In this document: piece after piece, positions 43,391 through 56,432 of the stretch
How positions within the stretch are numbered: position 1 is the first letter of the stretch
How the letters are laid out: each line of letters starts with the position of its first letter
Assembly: GCA_018668635.1 (NCBI GenBank)
Contig: JABJCN010000219.1
Location: 176-64,175 of the forward strand
Direction of reading: 5' to 3'
DNA length: 64,000 nucleotides
Source of the DNA: Opitutia bacterium
GTDB taxonomy: Bacteria; Verrucomicrobiota; Verrucomicrobiia; Opitutales; JABJCN01
Notes under the pieces: generated by a model
The model's input: the letters and a program-made list of their open reading frames with translations, nothing else
Databases searched by the model: none
What the model was told of the DNA's origin: nothing
Position numbers and translations under genes: made by a program

Positions 43391-44017
43391 TTATCCGTTG
43401 GCTCGAATGAGTATTTTATCCATACCTGTGGAACTAATAATAATACGATCGTGGTGAACAAGATCCATTGCATTTACATCGCTGGAGCTAGTAATACTGA
43501 GACGTGGAATATTCCGGGATGCGAGAAGCGCATCATTAGAAAATTTATCTCCAAGTAAAAGAATTTTTCCTTTGGGAGCAATTTTCCCTATGATATCATT
43601 TACAATGCGAGTCTTCGGCTCCGATACAATCCATTCTTCAATAATATCGATAGCACCATTAGAACCCTGCTCAAAAAGAGCGCGCCGGAGAGCAAGTTGC
43701 CGAACCTTGCGGTTTAAATGTTGTGTGTAATCGCGGGGCTTAGGGCCAAAGGCCACACCCCCTTTTCGAAGAATGGGGGATCGACGATCTCCACGACGAG
43801 CCGTGCCTGATCCTTTCTGACGAAAAGCCTTCTTTCCAGTGCCACTAACTTCGGCCCGGGTTTTTGTTGATGCATTACCCTGACGAGCATTTGCCTGATG
43901 AGCCAGAACCACTTGTCGCAACGCGGCAATCCCTTTGTCGTCATCAAATGAAGGAAATTCGCCTATTTCCTTTTCATCGCAACTGTCTGCAGTCGAGTTG
44001 TAGATTTTAAATTTCAT
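43391..44017 (-). CDS. rplD: 50S ribosomal protein L4
   Basis: FRQKGSGTARRGDRRSPILRKGGVAFGPKPRDY loop. Confidence 0.95.
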   Translation of the reverse strand: MKFKIYNSTADSCDEKEIGEFPSFDDDKGIAALRQVVLAHQANARQGNASTKTRAEVSGTGKKAFRQKGSGTARRGDRRSPILRKGGVAFGPKPRDYTQHLNRKVRQLALRRALFEQGSNGAIDIIEEWIVSEPKTRIVNDIIGKIAPKGKILLLGDKFSNDALLASRNIPRLSITSSSDVNAMDLVHHDRIIISSTGMDKILIRANG

Positions 44018-44066
44018 TTATTGGCCGATTCCGTTTGTCAAAGTAGTTATAGGTTATGCAATGCGC

Positions 44067-44705
44067 CTAAACCTTTGGCCCTTTAATTGCCGGGCGTATG
44101 GTGACAATTCCACCCTTTGCGCCTGGGAAGCTACCCTCAACAAGTAGTATATTCCGTTCTGAGTCTACGCGAACAATCTTAAGATTCTGAGCAGTTCGGC
44201 GGACAGCGCCCATGTGTCCAGGCATCTTGGTGTTTTTAATTATACGTCCAGGCCACTGACACATTCCGTAGGAACCGCCGCGGCGATGAAACATGGACCC
44301 GTGAGATGCGGGCCCACCAGCATAATTATAACGTCTAACAACACCTTGAAATCCGCGTCCTTTGGTGGTGCCAATAACATCAACTTTCTCAATTTCTTTA
44401 AATTTTTCCACAGTCAGTATTTGACCTGGCTCATAATCGCTGGGTGTTTCAGTTCGAAACTCCTGGAGTGTGGAGACAGGAGCGACGCCGGCCTTCTTGA
44501 GGTGCCCTAGAACTGGCTTGGGAACGCGATGCTCCTTCTGTTCGCCGTAACCAATCTGGACAGCGTTATAGCCATCACGTTCCTTGGTCTTAACCTGTAC
44601 AACGGGACATGGTCCCACTTCAACAACAGTTACAACTTGTACGTTGTTTTCATCGTCGTAGACTTGGGTCATCCCAATTTTCTTACCTATAAGTTCGAAG
44701 GACAT
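44067..44705 (-). CDS. rplC: 50S ribosomal protein L3
   Basis: IGKKIGMTQVYDD N-terminus and GTTKGRGFQGVVRR motif. Confidence 0.96.
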   Translation of the reverse strand: MSFELIGKKIGMTQVYDDENNVQVVTVVEVGPCPVVQVKTKERDGYNAVQIGYGEQKEHRVPKPVLGHLKKAGVAPVSTLQEFRTETPSDYEPGQILTVEKFKEIEKVDVIGTTKGRGFQGVVRRYNYAGGPASHGSMFHRRGGSYGMCQWPGRIIKNTKMPGHMGAVRRTAQNLKIVRVDSERNILLVEGSFPGAKGGIVTIRPAIKGPKV

Positions 44706-44718
44706 GGCTAAAATTAGT

Positions 44719-45027
44719 TTATACGATTACGTCGACATTGACTCCTGCGGGAAGATTGAGCTTTTTAAGTTCATCAACTGTAGTCGCTGTAGATTCAATT
44801 ACATCAATGAGACGTTTGTGGATGCGAATTTCAAATTGATCCATTGATTTCTTATCGACATGGGGAGATCGATTGACCGTGAGTTTTTCAATCCGTGTAG
44901 GAATAGGAACCGGTCCGGAGACTCTAGCGCCGGAACGCTTGGCAGTCTCAACGATGTCTTTGGCTGATTGATCAATCAATCTATAATCGTAGCCTTTAAG
45001 CTTGATACGTATGCGTTGGGAAGACAT
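44719..45027 (-). CDS. rpsJ: 30S ribosomal protein S10
   Basis: [39 protein letters not shown]. The start lies 6 nt after the fusA stop. Confidence 0.96.
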   Translation of the reverse strand: MSSQRIRIKLKGYDYRLIDQSAKDIVETAKRSGARVSGPVPIPTRIEKLTVNRSPHVDKKSMDQFEIRIHKRLIDVIESTATTVDELKKLNLPAGVNVDVIV

Positions 45028-45033
45028 AGGGCG

Positions 45034-47190
45034 TCAGGTTCGAGCAGGAGCTTTGGTAGAGGTTTTTACGATATCCTCAATGAGGCTCGCTGGTACTTGT
45101 TCAAAATGAGAAGGCTCCATGGAGTAAGTCGCACGACCTTTACTAAGGGAGCGCATGTCTGTGGAGTATCCAAACATGGTTTCTAAAGGGACAAAGGCGT
45201 TAATAAGGCAAAGTGTTCCCTTTGTCTCCATGCCCTGAATCTGGCCTCGGCGCCGATTAAGGTCACCCATAAGGTCGCCTTGATATTCATCAGGGGTGCT
45301 AACCTCCACCTTCATGATAGGTTCAAGCAAGGATGGAGTTGCCTTGGCCATAGCATCTTTAAAAGCGAATATTCCCGCCATCTTAAAAGCCATTTCAGAA
45401 GAATCAACCTCATGAAATGATCCATCGAAAAGGGTGACCTTGAAATCAATAACTGGATAACCAGCAATTACTCCATTCTGTGAGGCTTCTTTAATGCCAT
45501 CAAAGGTTGGCTTGATGTATTCTCGAGGAATAACACCTCCAACAATTTTATCTTCCAGCTCAACTCCCTTACCAGTCTCATTAGGCTCAAGCTTGATAAC
45601 ACAATGCCCATATTGTCCACGTCCACCCGATTGGCGGACAAATTTGCCGACACCCTCGGACTCAGACCGAATTGTTTCTCGGTAGGCAATCTGCGGTCGC
45701 CCGGCAACTGCGCCCACACTGAATTCCCGGAAGAGGCGGTCTCTAATAATATCAAGGTGCAGTTCTCCCATTCCTGCAATAATTGTCTGACCAGTCTCTT
45801 CGTCAGAAGAGACCCGGAACGTTGGATCTTCCTCGGATAGCCGCTGAAGGCCAACTGACATTTTTTCCTGATCGGCCTTGGTGTTTGGCTCGATAGACAT
45901 AGAGATAACAGGCTCGGGGAAAGTTGGTGGTTCAAGACTGACTGACAAGTCTCGATCACATAGAGTGTCTCCCGTCACGATGTTCTTGGCGCCGATAATC
46001 GCACAAATGTCACCCGAATAAGCAACATCCACATCTTCCCGTGAATCAGCCTTCATAATCATCAGGCGGCTGACTCTCTCCGTCCGTCGTGTCCGCGGGT
46101 TAAATAAGGGAGTTCCTTTGCGGAGAGTTCCTTGGTAATTGCGGAAAAAAACTAATTTACCAACGTATGGATCCGTCCAGAGCTTAAAAGCAAGACCTGC
46201 TACTTTTTTGCTATCGTCGGGAACAACAGTAGTTTCATTTTCATCCTCATCGAAAGCCTTCATTGGAGGGAGATCAAGTGGACAAGGAAGGTAGTTTATA
46301 ACGGCATCAAGTAGAGGTTGTACCCCTTTATTCTTGAAAGCTGAGCCAGGTATCACACCACAAAACTTCAAGGATAACGTGGCCTTGCGGATAGCTAGTT
46401 TAAATTCATTATCAGCAATCTCTTCACCCTCCAAGTACTTGGTGGCAACGTCATCGTCATAATCTGCTACGGCTTCAATTAGTTTTTCACGATATTCATC
46501 AGCCTGATCCTTATGCTCTTGAGGGATTTCAGTGACATCAAATTTGGCGCCCATCGATGAATCTTCATCATTATAAATAATAGCCTTCTGCTCTACAAGA
46601 TCGATGAGTCCTTTGAAATTTTCTTCGGCACCAATAGGGAGGAAAATGGGATGAGCATTGGCACCCAGTTTTTTATTCATGGATTCAACGGCATCGATGA
46701 AGTCTGCTCCGGTGCGATCCATTTTATTGACGAACGCAAGGCGAGGAACATTATATTTATCCATCTGACGCCAGACAGTCTCGGACTGAGGCTGAACACC
46801 TTCGACTGAGGTGAAGACGGCAACGGCACCATCAAGTACTCGTAGCGAGCGCTCAACCTCCGCAGTGAAGTCAACGTGCCCAGGTGTATCGATTATGTTG
46901 ATTGCATGCTCAATGGTGGCGAATGGGCCCTTGGGATCTGTCCAGTTGCAAGAGATAGCAGCAGAAGTTATGGTAATACCTCGCTCGCGTTCCTGCTCCA
47001 TCCAGTCGGTAACTGCGGTACCATCATGCACTTCTCCAATCTTATGAACGACACCAGCATAAAAGATTATTCGCTCCGTAGTAGTAGTCTTGCCTGCGTC
47101 AATGTGTGCAGCAATGCCAATATTTCGGGTGTGCTCGAGCGCAAAGGGGCGTTCAGCTGAATTGGCTGGAGATAGAGAATTTGTAGACAT
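45034..47190 (-). CDS. fusA: translation elongation factor G
   Basis: 718 aa. G1 [10 protein letters not shown]3 DTPGHVDF, G4 NKMD, domains II-V. Confidence 0.97.
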   Translation of the reverse strand: MSTNSLSPANSAERPFALEHTRNIGIAAHIDAGKTTTTERIIFYAGVVHKIGEVHDGTAVTDWMEQERERGITITSAAISCNWTDPKGPFATIEHAINIIDTPGHVDFTAEVERSLRVLDGAVAVFTSVEGVQPQSETVWRQMDKYNVPRLAFVNKMDRTGADFIDAVESMNKKLGANAHPIFLPIGAEENFKGLIDLVEQKAIIYNDEDSSMGAKFDVTEIPQEHKDQADEYREKLIEAVADYDDDVATKYLEGEEIADNEFKLAIRKATLSLKFCGVIPGSAFKNKGVQPLLDAVINYLPCPLDLPPMKAFDEDENETTVVPDDSKKVAGLAFKLWTDPYVGKLVFFRNYQGTLRKGTPLFNPRTRRTERVSRLMIMKADSREDVDVAYSGDICAIIGAKNIVTGDTLCDRDLSVSLEPPTFPEPVISMSIEPNTKADQEKMSVGLQRLSEEDPTFRVSSDEETGQTIIAGMGELHLDIIRDRLFREFSVGAVAGRPQIAYRETIRSESEGVGKFVRQSGGRGQYGHCVIKLEPNETGKGVELEDKIVGGVIPREYIKPTFDGIKEASQNGVIAGYPVIDFKVTLFDGSFHEVDSSEMAFKMAGIFAFKDAMAKATPSLLEPIMKVEVSTPDEYQGDLMGDLNRRRGQIQGMETKGTLCLINAFVPLETMFGYSTDMRSLSKGRATYSMEPSHFEQVPASLIEDIVKTSTKAPART

Positions 47191-47256
47191 GATTGACGAT
47201 CAATGATCGATAAATTGAAATTCAAAATAGGGAATGGAGAAGAAGCGTTGGTTCGA

Positions 47257-47730
47257 TTACCACCTGAGATGAGCAAAGGCTCTATTTGACTGAGCCATCT
47301 TGTGAGTATCTTCCTTCTTTTTTACAACTGTTCCGGTATTGTTATATGCATCAATCAGTTCTGATGCCAGAGCGTCAACCATGGGAAGCCCTTTACGGGA
47401 ACGGGCAGCTTGCACAATCCATCGAAAAGCAAGTGATTGCTGACGTTCGTACGAGAGTTCAACCGGCACCTGATAGGTGGCGCCACCAACGCGACGTCCT
47501 TTAACTTCGAGTTTAGGACGAGTATTTTCAAGTGCACCAAGAATTAAGTCCTCAGTATCACCTTTTTCTAATTTTTCACTGGCGCGTTCAAAAGCACCAT
47601 AGACAATGCGGCGAGCAGTGGATTTTTTGCCTGAACTCATCACCAAATTAACCAATGTGGTAACCAAGGGGTTCCCGTATCTGGGATCATCAGGGATTGG
47701 ACGTTTAACTGCTCTTCTTCGGCGCGACAT
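47257..47730 (-). CDS. rpsG: 30S ribosomal protein S7
   Basis: [21 protein letters not shown]-terminus and AFAHLRW C-terminus. Confidence 0.96.
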   Translation of the reverse strand: MSRRRRAVKRPIPDDPRYGNPLVTTLVNLVMSSGKKSTARRIVYGAFERASEKLEKGDTEDLILGALENTRPKLEVKGRRVGGATYQVPVELSYERQQSLAFRWIVQAARSRKGLPMVDALASELIDAYNNTGTVVKKKEDTHKMAQSNRAFAHLRW

Positions 47731-47778
47731 GACTTTAGAGAATAAAATGAATGATAAAAATACTGTGGGGAAATACTG

Positions 47779-48159
47779 TTAGCTTTTGTCCCGAGGACGT
47801 TTGACTCCATACTTGGAACGGCTACGACGACGTTTTTCGACACCACCGCAGTCCAAGGTACCCCGCACAATGTGATAACGAACTCCTGGAAGGTCCTTGA
47901 CGCGACCTCCACGGACTAAAACGATACTGTGTTCTTGTAAGCTGTGCCCCTCATCAGGAATATAAGCGATTACTTCAATGCCGGTGGTCAAGCGAACTTT
48001 TGCAACTTTGCGAATAGCCGAATTTGGTTTTTTGGGAGTTCGCGTCATCACTTGTACGCATACACCACGCCGGAAAGGATTATCCTTGAGCGCAGGTGCT
48101 TTTGATTTAGCCCGGACTGTTCGTCTGGGATTTTTGACAAGTTGGTTAATTGTGGGCAT
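47779..48159 (-). CDS. rpsL: 30S ribosomal protein S12
   Basis: The ATG at 48159 gives the canonical [23 protein letters not shown] and [13 protein letters not shown] motifs are present. The 35-aa upstream extension in the track ORF is hydrophobic non-S12 sequence. Confidence 0.96.
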   Translation of the reverse strand: MPTINQLVKNPRRTVRAKSKAPALKDNPFRRGVCVQVMTRTPKKPNSAIRKVAKVRLTTGIEVIAYIPDEGHSLQEHSIVLVRGGRVKDLPGVRYHIVRGTLDCGGVEKRRRSRSKYGVKRPRDKS

Positions 48160-48354
48160 TTCTGTGGGATATAAAATTCTTAGAAGAAAAAATGGAAGAA
48201 AAGGAAAATGGGTTTTGCTGACTAAGTGGCAAGAAAATTTGAAAAAAAAATTACTTTTTTCCAAAAGTGTCTAAAATCACATAATATGATAGGCTCTCAT
48301 TACAGAAGAACCCTGGGGAGTTTAAAATATTACTGGGTTGGAACCAACAAAGGT

Positions 48355-51300
48355 CTAGCCAGCCTCCTTTTCAGAGGAAGCTGTCGAGGTCGGCCGGGAA
48401 ACGCCAAGAGTATCAATCTTAAGACGACGATAAGTTGGGAGACCCGTACCAGCAGGGATTAGATTCCCCATGATGACGTTCTCTTTGAACCCTGTTAGAC
48501 TGTCAGTTTTGCCAAGAGTTGATGCTTCGGTTAGAACACGTGTGGTTTCTTGAAATGATGCGGCTGATATAAAGCTTTCAGTCTCCAACGAAGCCTTAGT
48601 GATACCAAGAAGAATTGGTTCGCCCTCTGCAGGTTTACCGCCTGCCTCGGAGATTTCACTATTCGCCTCCATGAAGGCGTGCTTACTGATCTGCTCTCCC
48701 CAGAAATACTCGGAATCACCGGGGTCAGAAATCCGGACCTTGGAGAGCATGCGGGAAACAATCGCCTCGATATGTTTGTCGTTGATTGTGACTCCCTGTG
48801 CACGATAAACCTTCTGGATTTCGCGCAAAAGGTAGTCGTAGACGGCGGGAGGTCCTAGAATATCGAGAATGTCATGCGGATCAGCAGAACCCTCGGTGAG
48901 AGATTGGCCCTTATGTACCACATCGCCAATTTGAACGATGATATGCTTTCCGTGCGGAATAAGATGTTCTTCAATATCACCAGTCTCCTCATTAGTTACC
49001 AAAAGACGTTTTTTGGTGCGTACTGTACCGGATAACGAAACAATGCCATCAATCTTCGCCATTTCTGCCGCCTCCTTGGGACGACGGGCTTCAAATAGTT
49101 CAGCTACACGTGGGAGCCCTCCCGTGATGTCCTGTGTCTTGGTGGCCTGACGGGGTGTTTTGGCAAGAGATGCGCCTCTGGCAACCTTGTCCCCTTCAGC
49201 CACCGAGAGCATGGCTCCCGTTGGAATGGAATAAGTAGCCTGCAGGACATCATCTTCATCTACAATTTCAATCTGCGGATTTAGGTCTTCCTTGTGCTCC
49301 GTGACGGTATAAGCTTCTCGCCCAGTAGATTCATCAAATTCCTTACGAATTGTAACTCCAGTAATCATGTCACTAAAGCGAACCCGACCACTTTTCTCGG
49401 AAAGGATGGGAATATTATGGGGGTCCCATCGAGCAAGTATCTCACCCTTTTTGATGCGACCCTCATCTGGAACTGTCAAAACCGCTCCGGCAACAATATT
49501 ATAATCCTCTACCTGGCGTTCATTATCATCAAAGATGAGTATGGAACCAGTTTTGTTGAGAACAACAAAGAGCTTCTCCGCACCATCAATTTCCACAAGT
49601 CTTAAGCCTTTATACGATACCCGCCCTCCGACGCGAATCTTGATTTCAGGTGTCCGAAAGACCTGACTGGCAATGCCCCCGATGTGAAAAGTGCGCATTG
49701 TAAGTTGCGTTCCTGGTTCCCCGATAGACTGTGCAGCAATGATGCCAATCGCGGTCCCGCGTTTTACGAGATCATTTGTAGATGGATCAATGCCGTATTC
49801 CAATGCAGTGATACCTTTTATCTGGCGACTACTGAGAGGGGAGAGGATTTTGACGCGAGCAATTCCCAGTTCCTCAACCTTCCGAGCCATCTCACTCGTT
49901 ATAAGTTCTCCATTATGAATAAGGATTTCTTCAGGTTTTAGAGGATCAGGGATGTCCTCAGAACTACATCGGCCTTCAATACGATCACGAAGAGGCACAA
50001 TTTCTTGGTCTCCCTCGTAGATCGCTTCCTTCCATATACCATCACGGCGAGAGTCATCACGTTCGTTAATAATACAATCCATTGCCACATCGCAAAGTTT
50101 CCGGGTAAGGTATCCTGCATCTGCGGTTTTGAGTGCAGTATCTGCCAAGCCCTTACGAGCTCCATGAGTCGAAATAAAGTATTCAAGGACAGATAGACCC
50201 TCCCGAAAAGAAGAGAGAATCGGGCGCTCAATAATTTCACCTGATGGCTTTGCCATAAGACCACGTGTACCACAAAGTTGGCGAACCTGTTGGCGGTTGC
50301 CACGAGCACCAGAATCCATCATAAGGTATACAGGATTAACCTCCTCACGTCCCTCGTTGCCTAATAACCCCTTAAAAACAGCCTCGGAAATCTCGTCAGT
50401 AGCACCGGTCCAGATATCAATTATCTTATTGTAGCGCTCCCCTGGAGTAATAATGCCTTGGCGATACTGTTCCTCAACTTTATCGATTTCCTTCCTTGCT
50501 CGTTGAACTACTTGTGGCTTGTCACCGGGAATAATCATATCATCAATCCCAATGGAAATACCAGCGCCCGTAGCATGGCGGAAACCCATGTCTTTCATAA
50601 GGTCAAGAACGTGGATGGTGGCATCCTTACCACAGTGGTTAAAGGTTTGTAAAATGAGATCACCCAACTTGCCCTTGGTTGCCGGATTATTAAAAAATCC
50701 AATTTCATCTGGCCAAATGGAATTAAAAATGACCCGACCGACAGTCGTACGAATCACTTTCCCATGGGAATTGCCAAAAAAGGTTTCTTTGCCACAGTCT
50801 GGATTTAAGAAATCGATCCAATCGTGCTTTTTTAACACCCCATCAGCCTGAGCAAGAAGAACTTCATTCAAGTGGGCAATAAAAGGTATACGAGCATTCT
50901 TCTTCGGTTCGGACTTAGGCTGAAGTGTGAGGTAGTAAGAACCAAGAACGATATCCTGAGATGGAGTAAGGATGGGCTTCCCGCTGGATGGAGAGAAAAT
51001 ATTGTGGGTCGCCATCATCAACAGTTTGGCTTCCATGACAGCCTCAACAGAGAGCGGGACATGCACCGCCATCTGGTCTCCATCAAAATCTGCATTGTAG
51101 GCTGTGCAAACCAATGGATGAACACGAATGGCATCTCCTTCAATAAGTACAGGTTCAAAGGCTTGTATAGAAAGACGGTGAAGCGTAGGAGCACGATTAA
51201 GGAGAACAGGATGTCCCTCAGTGACTTCTTCTAGTATGTCCCACACCTCCGGGGTCTTTCGTTCAATCATTTTGCGGGCACCGCGAACTGTATGTACGAA

Positions 51301-52476
51301 ACCAAGCTCTTTGAGACGTCGAATAATGAATGGCTCAAAAAGCGATAATGCCATCTTCTTGGGCAGTCCACACTGATGAAGTTTCAGTTCAGGCCCGATA
51401 ACAATAACCGACCGACCAGAGTAATCAACGCGCTTGCCGAGAAGGTTCTGGCGGAAACGGCCCTGCTTGCCTTTAAGCATATCACTCAGTGATTTAAGGG
51501 GGCGGTTCCCTGCCCCGGTAACAGCACGCCCATGACGACCGTTATCAAGAAGCGCATCGACTGCTTCCTGAAGCATCCGTTTTTCATTATGGATGATAAC
51601 GTCTGGGGTCTTCAGTTGAAGTAGATTCTTGAGCCGATTATTGCGATTGATTACACGCCTATAGAGATCGTTAAGGTCAGAGGTTGCAAAACGGCCACCC
51701 TCAAGTGGCACGAGAGGCCGAAGATCAGGAGGGATTACCGGCAAGACACGAAGTACCATTTGACTGGGGTGGGTTCCAGAATGCAGAAAGCCCTGAGCAA
51801 GCTTCATCTGTTTGGAAAGCCTTTTCTTGGTCTGCTTTGAACGAGTACTGTCAAGTTGTTCCTGCAAGTCTATAACGGTAGCATCCAGATCAATTTGCTC
51901 CAAAGATTCGAGAAGTGCATCTGCCCCCATTTTTGCAACAAAAGCATCGTCACCATATTCATCGCAGGCTTGGAGAAATTCACCCTCAGTTAATAACTGC
52001 TTATTCTCAAGAGGAGTCTTTCCGGGGTCAGTCACCATATAGTTCTCGTAATATATGACTCGTTCCAAACTCTTGGCTGTCATATCGAGCATCAAACCAA
52101 GCCGACTAGGCATACTTTTGAGAAACCAAATATGAGTACAGGCAACAGAAAGCTCAATATGACCCATGCGTTCTCTGCGAACTCGGGAAAGTGTTACTTC
52201 GACTCCACAACGGTCACAGATCACACCCATATATTTGATGCGCTTGTATTTCCCGCATGCACACTCATAATCACGGACTGGACCAAATATACGTTGGCAG
52301 AATAGACCACCTGGCTCGGGCTTGAAAGTACGATAATTAATCGTCTCTGGATTCTTGACTTCCCCGTTTGACCATTTGCGAATGGAATCGTGGTGCGCCA
52401 CGACGATGTTGACGCTATCAAAGGATTGATCCTTCTCGAAGATTGCACTTTCTGTGGTTTTTTCTTCTGCGCTCAT
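48355..52476 (-). CDS. rpoC: DNA-directed RNA polymerase subunit beta'
   Basis: 1373 aa. Zinc-binding Cys cluster (CACGKYK...CDRCG), the catalytic NADFDGDQM motif, and bridge-helix and trigger-loop regions. Confidence 0.97.
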   Translation of the reverse strand: MSAEEKTTESAIFEKDQSFDSVNIVVAHHDSIRKWSNGEVKNPETINYRTFKPEPGGLFCQRIFGPVRDYECACGKYKRIKYMGVICDRCGVEVTLSRVRRERMGHIELSVACTHIWFLKSMPSRLGLMLDMTAKSLERVIYYENYMVTDPGKTPLENKQLLTEGEFLQACDEYGDDAFVAKMGADALLESLEQIDLDATVIDLQEQLDSTRSKQTKKRLSKQMKLAQGFLHSGTHPSQMVLRVLPVIPPDLRPLVPLEGGRFATSDLNDLYRRVINRNNRLKNLLQLKTPDVIIHNEKRMLQEAVDALLDNGRHGRAVTGAGNRPLKSLSDMLKGKQGRFRQNLLGKRVDYSGRSVIVIGPELKLHQCGLPKKMALSLFEPFIIRRLKELGFVHTVRGARKMIERKTPEVWDILEEVTEGHPVLLNRAPTLHRLSIQAFEPVLIEGDAIRVHPLVCTAYNADFDGDQMAVHVPLSVEAVMEAKLLMMATHNIFSPSSGKPILTPSQDIVLGSYYLTLQPKSEPKKNARIPFIAHLNEVLLAQADGVLKKHDWIDFLNPDCGKETFFGNSHGKVIRTTVGRVIFNSIWPDEIGFFNNPATKGKLGDLILQTFNHCGKDATIHVLDLMKDMGFRHATGAGISIGIDDMIIPGDKPQVVQRARKEIDKVEEQYRQGIITPGERYNKIIDIWTGATDEISEAVFKGLLGNEGREEVNPVYLMMDSGARGNRQQVRQLCGTRGLMAKPSGEIIERPILSSFREGLSVLEYFISTHGARKGLADTALKTADAGYLTRKLCDVAMDCIINERDDSRRDGIWKEAIYEGDQEIVPLRDRIEGRCSSEDIPDPLKPEEILIHNGELITSEMARKVEELGIARVKILSPLSSRQIKGITALEYGIDPSTNDLVKRGTAIGIIAAQSIGEPGTQLTMRTFHIGGIASQVFRTPEIKIRVGGRVSYKGLRLVEIDGAEKLFVVLNKTGSILIFDDNERQVEDYNIVAGAVLTVPDEGRIKKGEILARWDPHNIPILSEKSGRVRFSDMITGVTIRKEFDESTGREAYTVTEHKEDLNPQIEIVDEDDVLQATYSIPTGAMLSVAEGDKVARGASLAKTPRQATKTQDITGGLPRVAELFEARRPKEAAEMAKIDGIVSLSGTVRTKKRLLVTNEETGDIEEHLIPHGKHIIVQIGDVVHKGQSLTEGSADPHDILDILGPPAVYDYLLREIQKVYRAQGVTINDKHIEAIVSRMLSKVRISDPGDSEYFWGEQISKHAFMEANSEISEAGGKPAEGEPILLGITKASLETESFISAASFQETTRVLTEASTLGKTDSLTGFKENVIMGNLIPAGTGLPTYRRLKIDTLGVSRPTSTASSEKEAG

Positions 52477-52535
52477 AAATTAACTGCCTCGGTTGGATAA
52501 GTGTGGGGAAATAAGTTTGAAAATCAGTGAAGGGT

Positions 52536-55500
52536 CTAGAAACGGTCCGATTTAACTTGGATATCCAGACAAAGGCTCTGAATTTCCTTCATTAGGACGT
52601 TAAATGACTGCGGGATACCAGCATGAAGGCTATTATCGCCCTTAACGAGAGATTCGTATATTTTTGTGCGGCCGACTACATCATCGGATTTCACTGTTAA
52701 TAATTCCTGCAATGTGTAAGCCGCACCATAGGCTTCGAGAGCCCAAACTTCCATCTCACCGAATCGTTGACCTCCATACTGGGCCTTACCTCCGAGTGGT
52801 TGCTGGGTAATAAGACTATATGGACCAACGGCGCGAGCATGAATCTTATCCGCAACCAAGTGGTTCAGTTTCATCATGTAGATGTAGCCAACAACTACTT
52901 CTTGATCAAATTGTTCACCGGTCTGGCCATCGAAGAGCAGACTCTTGCCACTTTGGGGGAGTCCAGCCTCATCGAGGTAAGCCCGAACGCGTTCTTCAGA
53001 AATGCCATCAAAAACTGGTGTGGCCACATTTATTCCTAATTTCTTGCAGGCCCAACCAAGATGTGTCTCCAAAACCTGCCCCACATTCATTCGACTAGGA
53101 ACACCAAGGGGATTCAGACAAATCTCAACAGGAGTGCCGTCCGGGAGGAACGGCATATCAGACTCCGGCACAATACGGGCAACAACACCTTTATTTCCGT
53201 GTCGACCGGCCATTTTATCTCCGACCTGAATCTTTCGCTTTGTGGTGATATAGACTTTGACGTTCTTAATAATACCCTGAGTCAAGTCGTCTCCTTCCTC
53301 AATACTAGCAAGCTTTCGCTCTTGATCGCCTTCAACTTCACCGAACTTCTCTTTATATACGGAAAGAATCTCCAGGATTTTATTCCGGACAGGGGAAGGC
53401 GCAATATCAATGGTTTTGTAAACCTGAGCCATGCGCCGTAAGAGTGTTTTTGTAATCTTCCGATTAGCAGGAATTATAATTTCGCCAGACTCTGAATTAC
53501 TTACATCAAGAGGAATTTTTTCACCTAGTAGAATGTTTGAAAGAGCTTCTGTTAATTCCTCTCTAAGTTTATCGCTTCGATTACGGTACTCTTCGCGAAT
53601 CTTTTTAGTCTGGCGCTTTTTTCCTGATGGCGAGGGGCTTTCTTTTTCGGGATCTGCTTTACTTTGTATTTTGACATCCATGACAATGCCATGACACCCG
53701 GAAGGAACAGTAAGAGAAGTATCCTTAACATCAGCCGCCTTTTCCCCGAATATGGCGCGAAGAAGCTTTTCTTCTGGAGCTAACTCGGTCTCGCTTTTCG
53801 GTGTAATTTTTCCAACGAGTACATCACCAGGCTTAACCTCTGCACCAATACGAATGACACCGTTATGACTTAGATTGGCCAAAGCCTCTTCTCCCGCGTT
53901 AGGTATATCTCGGGTGATTTCTTCTGGTCCCAATTTAGTATCGCGAGCAGTAACTTCGAACTCTACAATATGGACCGAAGAGAAAACATCCTCTTTAATG
54001 AGTCTTTCGCTGAGGAGAATTGCATCTTCAAAATTGTAACCATTCCACGGCATGAAAGCGACAAGAACGTTCTTTCCCAAGGCAAGTTCACCTTGGTCAG
54101 TTCCAGCGCCGTCAGCGAGAATATCACCAGCTTTAACCTTCTGTCCCTTCTGGACAAGGGGTTTCTGGTTAAAACATGTACCCGCGTTTGAACGCATAAA
54201 CTTACGCATGTGGTAAACATATAAACCCTTCTGTGCATCGCTGTTGCGATTACGTGAAAAACGAGGGGGGAGTTCCCCATCTTCAGTCACGACAATCCAA
54301 CTTGCGTCAACAGTGGCGACAATACCATCACCTTCACAGACCACAACAGTCTTGGAATCCCGAGCGACACGGCCTTCAATACCTGTACCTACAAGAGGTG
54401 ACTCAGTCTTAAGAAGTGGGACGCCTTGGCGCATCATGTTAGATCCCATGAGTGCCCGGTTGGCATCATCATGTTCAAGAAATGGGATAAGACCGGCCGC
54501 AACAGATACCAATTGCTTAGGAGAGACATCCATGTAATGAATCTTTTCCGCTTCAGGCTCAATAACCTGGTCTCTATATCGACAAGTGATTTTTCCTAAA
54601 AAATTACCCTTAGAATCAGTTTCTGAATTGGCTTGAGCAATAACCTGATCTTCTTCCTGATCTGCATTCAAATAATGCACCTCATTGGTAAGCTTACCTT
54701 TCTTTACGACACGGTATGGTGTCTCAATAAAACCAAATTCATTAATTCGTGAGTAGATGCTTAAGGAATTAATAAGACCAATATTCGGTCCTTCAGGAGT
54801 TTCAATGGGGCAAATCCGGCCATAATGACTTGGATGTACGTCCCTCACCTCAAAACCTGCACGTTCGCGGTTAAGACCTCCAGGCCCCAAGGCAGAAAGC
54901 CGACGTTTATGAGTCAGTTCAGCCAGAGGGTTGATCTGGTCCATGAACTGGCTCAGTTGACTGCGAGCAAAAAAGTCACGTATTACTGTAGTCAGTGCCT
55001 TCGGGTTTATAAGCTTGGCTGGTGTCAGCGAATCTACACTCTGATCGTAGAGTGTGATGCGTTCCTTGACCACGCGCTCTGTCCTTGCTAAACCAGTTCG
55101 GCACTGGTTTGCAAGCAACTCCCCTACTGTGCGCACTCGCCGACTGCCCAAGTGATCAATATCATCAATATATCCGTCACCCCGTTTCAACTTTGCAAGA
55201 TAAAGCGTTGCATGCACTATATCTTCAGTCTGGAGGGTGCGAATCTCTATATCAGTTTCAAGACCAAGCTTTTGATTTAATTTGTATCGACCGACCCGAC
55301 CCAAATCGTAACGTTTGGGATCCTGAAAAAGACGTTTTAATAAGGCCTTCGCATTAGCAGCAGTTGGAGGTTCCCCTGGACGGAGATTTTTGTAGATTTC
55401 TTTTAAAGCATCATCCTCATCTCGAGTCGTATCTTTCTTTATTGATCGTATAATTGCACCATCATCGATTGAAGTGTCTATAACACGAATAGTGTCGATG

Positions 55501-56312
55501 TCACAGGTCTTAAACGTTCGAAGAACAGATTTGGTCAACGACTCAAATGAACGAGCGAGAACCAAACCTTTTTCGGCATTAATAATATCCTCGACCAGTA
55601 CATACTGTGAAATGTTCTCCATTTGAAGGACACGGTCGACATCCACCTCTTCGATTTTGTAAAAAAGCTCCAAGATATCCTTATCATCAGGATAACCCAA
55701 AGCACGAAAGAGGGTAGAAAGCAAAAACTTGCGGCGACGGCGACGGCGGTCAAGATACACATACAATAGGTCATTTTGATCGAACTGAACCTCGGTCCAT
55801 GTCCCCCGATCCGGGATGATCCGAAATGAATGAAGAATCTTACCACTGGAATGGGTCGCTTCCTCAAAGCAAATACCTGGAGAACGATGCAATTGACTGA
55901 CAATTACCCGTTCAGCCCCGTTGATGATAAATGAACCACGCTCAGTAATACGTGGAATTTCCCCCATGTATATCTCTTCATCCATGCGCTCTTTTTCACC
56001 CTCTTCATTTTCTTGCTCCAATCGAAGCTTAACATAAAGAGAAATAGAGTATGTGACACCATCACGAATACATTCGGTCTCGGTGCTTTTGGTTTCACCA
56101 AGATTGTAATTCAAGTAATGCAATGTACAGCGACCATCATAGCTCTCTATCGGAAAAACCTCCCGAAAAACTGCCTCCAGACCATCATAGGTCCGCTGGC
56201 GAGAAGGCATATCCATCTGCAGAAAATTCCTAAAGGAATCAATCTGGTTCTGAATGAGATTGGGAGGTTGGATGACCTCTTTGAGTTTTCCGAAGTTCTT
56301 GCGGTCGGACAT
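52536..56312 (-). CDS. rpoB: DNA-directed RNA polymerase subunit beta
   Basis: 1258 aa with conserved rifampicin-cluster region (SQLSQFMDQINPLAELTHKRRLSALGPGGL) and C-terminal GGQRFGEMEVWALEAYGAAY. Confidence 0.97.
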   Translation of the reverse strand: MSDRKNFGKLKEVIQPPNLIQNQIDSFRNFLQMDMPSRQRTYDGLEAVFREVFPIESYDGRCTLHYLNYNLGETKSTETECIRDGVTYSISLYVKLRLEQENEEGEKERMDEEIYMGEIPRITERGSFIINGAERVIVSQLHRSPGICFEEATHSSGKILHSFRIIPDRGTWTEVQFDQNDLLYVYLDRRRRRRKFLLSTLFRALGYPDDKDILELFYKIEEVDVDRVLQMENISQYVLVEDIINAEKGLVLARSFESLTKSVLRTFKTCDIDTIRVIDTSIDDGAIIRSIKKDTTRDEDDALKEIYKNLRPGEPPTAANAKALLKRLFQDPKRYDLGRVGRYKLNQKLGLETDIEIRTLQTEDIVHATLYLAKLKRGDGYIDDIDHLGSRRVRTVGELLANQCRTGLARTERVVKERITLYDQSVDSLTPAKLINPKALTTVIRDFFARSQLSQFMDQINPLAELTHKRRLSALGPGGLNRERAGFEVRDVHPSHYGRICPIETPEGPNIGLINSLSIYSRINEFGFIETPYRVVKKGKLTNEVHYLNADQEEDQVIAQANSETDSKGNFLGKITCRYRDQVIEPEAEKIHYMDVSPKQLVSVAAGLIPFLEHDDANRALMGSNMMRQGVPLLKTESPLVGTGIEGRVARDSKTVVVCEGDGIVATVDASWIVVTEDGELPPRFSRNRNSDAQKGLYVYHMRKFMRSNAGTCFNQKPLVQKGQKVKAGDILADGAGTDQGELALGKNVLVAFMPWNGYNFEDAILLSERLIKEDVFSSVHIVEFEVTARDTKLGPEEITRDIPNAGEEALANLSHNGVIRIGAEVKPGDVLVGKITPKSETELAPEEKLLRAIFGEKAADVKDTSLTVPSGCHGIVMDVKIQSKADPEKESPSPSGKKRQTKKIREEYRNRSDKLREELTEALSNILLGEKIPLDVSNSESGEIIIPANRKITKTLLRRMAQVYKTIDIAPSPVRNKILEILSVYKEKFGEVEGDQERKLASIEEGDDLTQGIIKNVKVYITTKRKIQVGDKMAGRHGNKGVVARIVPESDMPFLPDGTPVEICLNPLGVPSRMNVGQVLETHLGWACKKLGINVATPVFDGISEERVRAYLDEAGLPQSGKSLLFDGQTGEQFDQEVVVGYIYMMKLNHLVADKIHARAVGPYSLITQQPLGGKAQYGGQRFGEMEVWALEAYGAAYTLQELLTVKSDDVVGRTKIYESLVKGDNSLHAGIPQSFNVLMKEIQSLCLDIQVKSDRF

Positions 56313-56432
56313 AATGTGGGGTTATCTGCGACTGTGAGTAAAGATTGTAAAGTGAGTCAGTCAGGATCGGACTTAAATGTAGGAAACGATATGCTTAGAC
56401 CGTGTTCTTAAACAAGTAAAAGAATAGAGGAA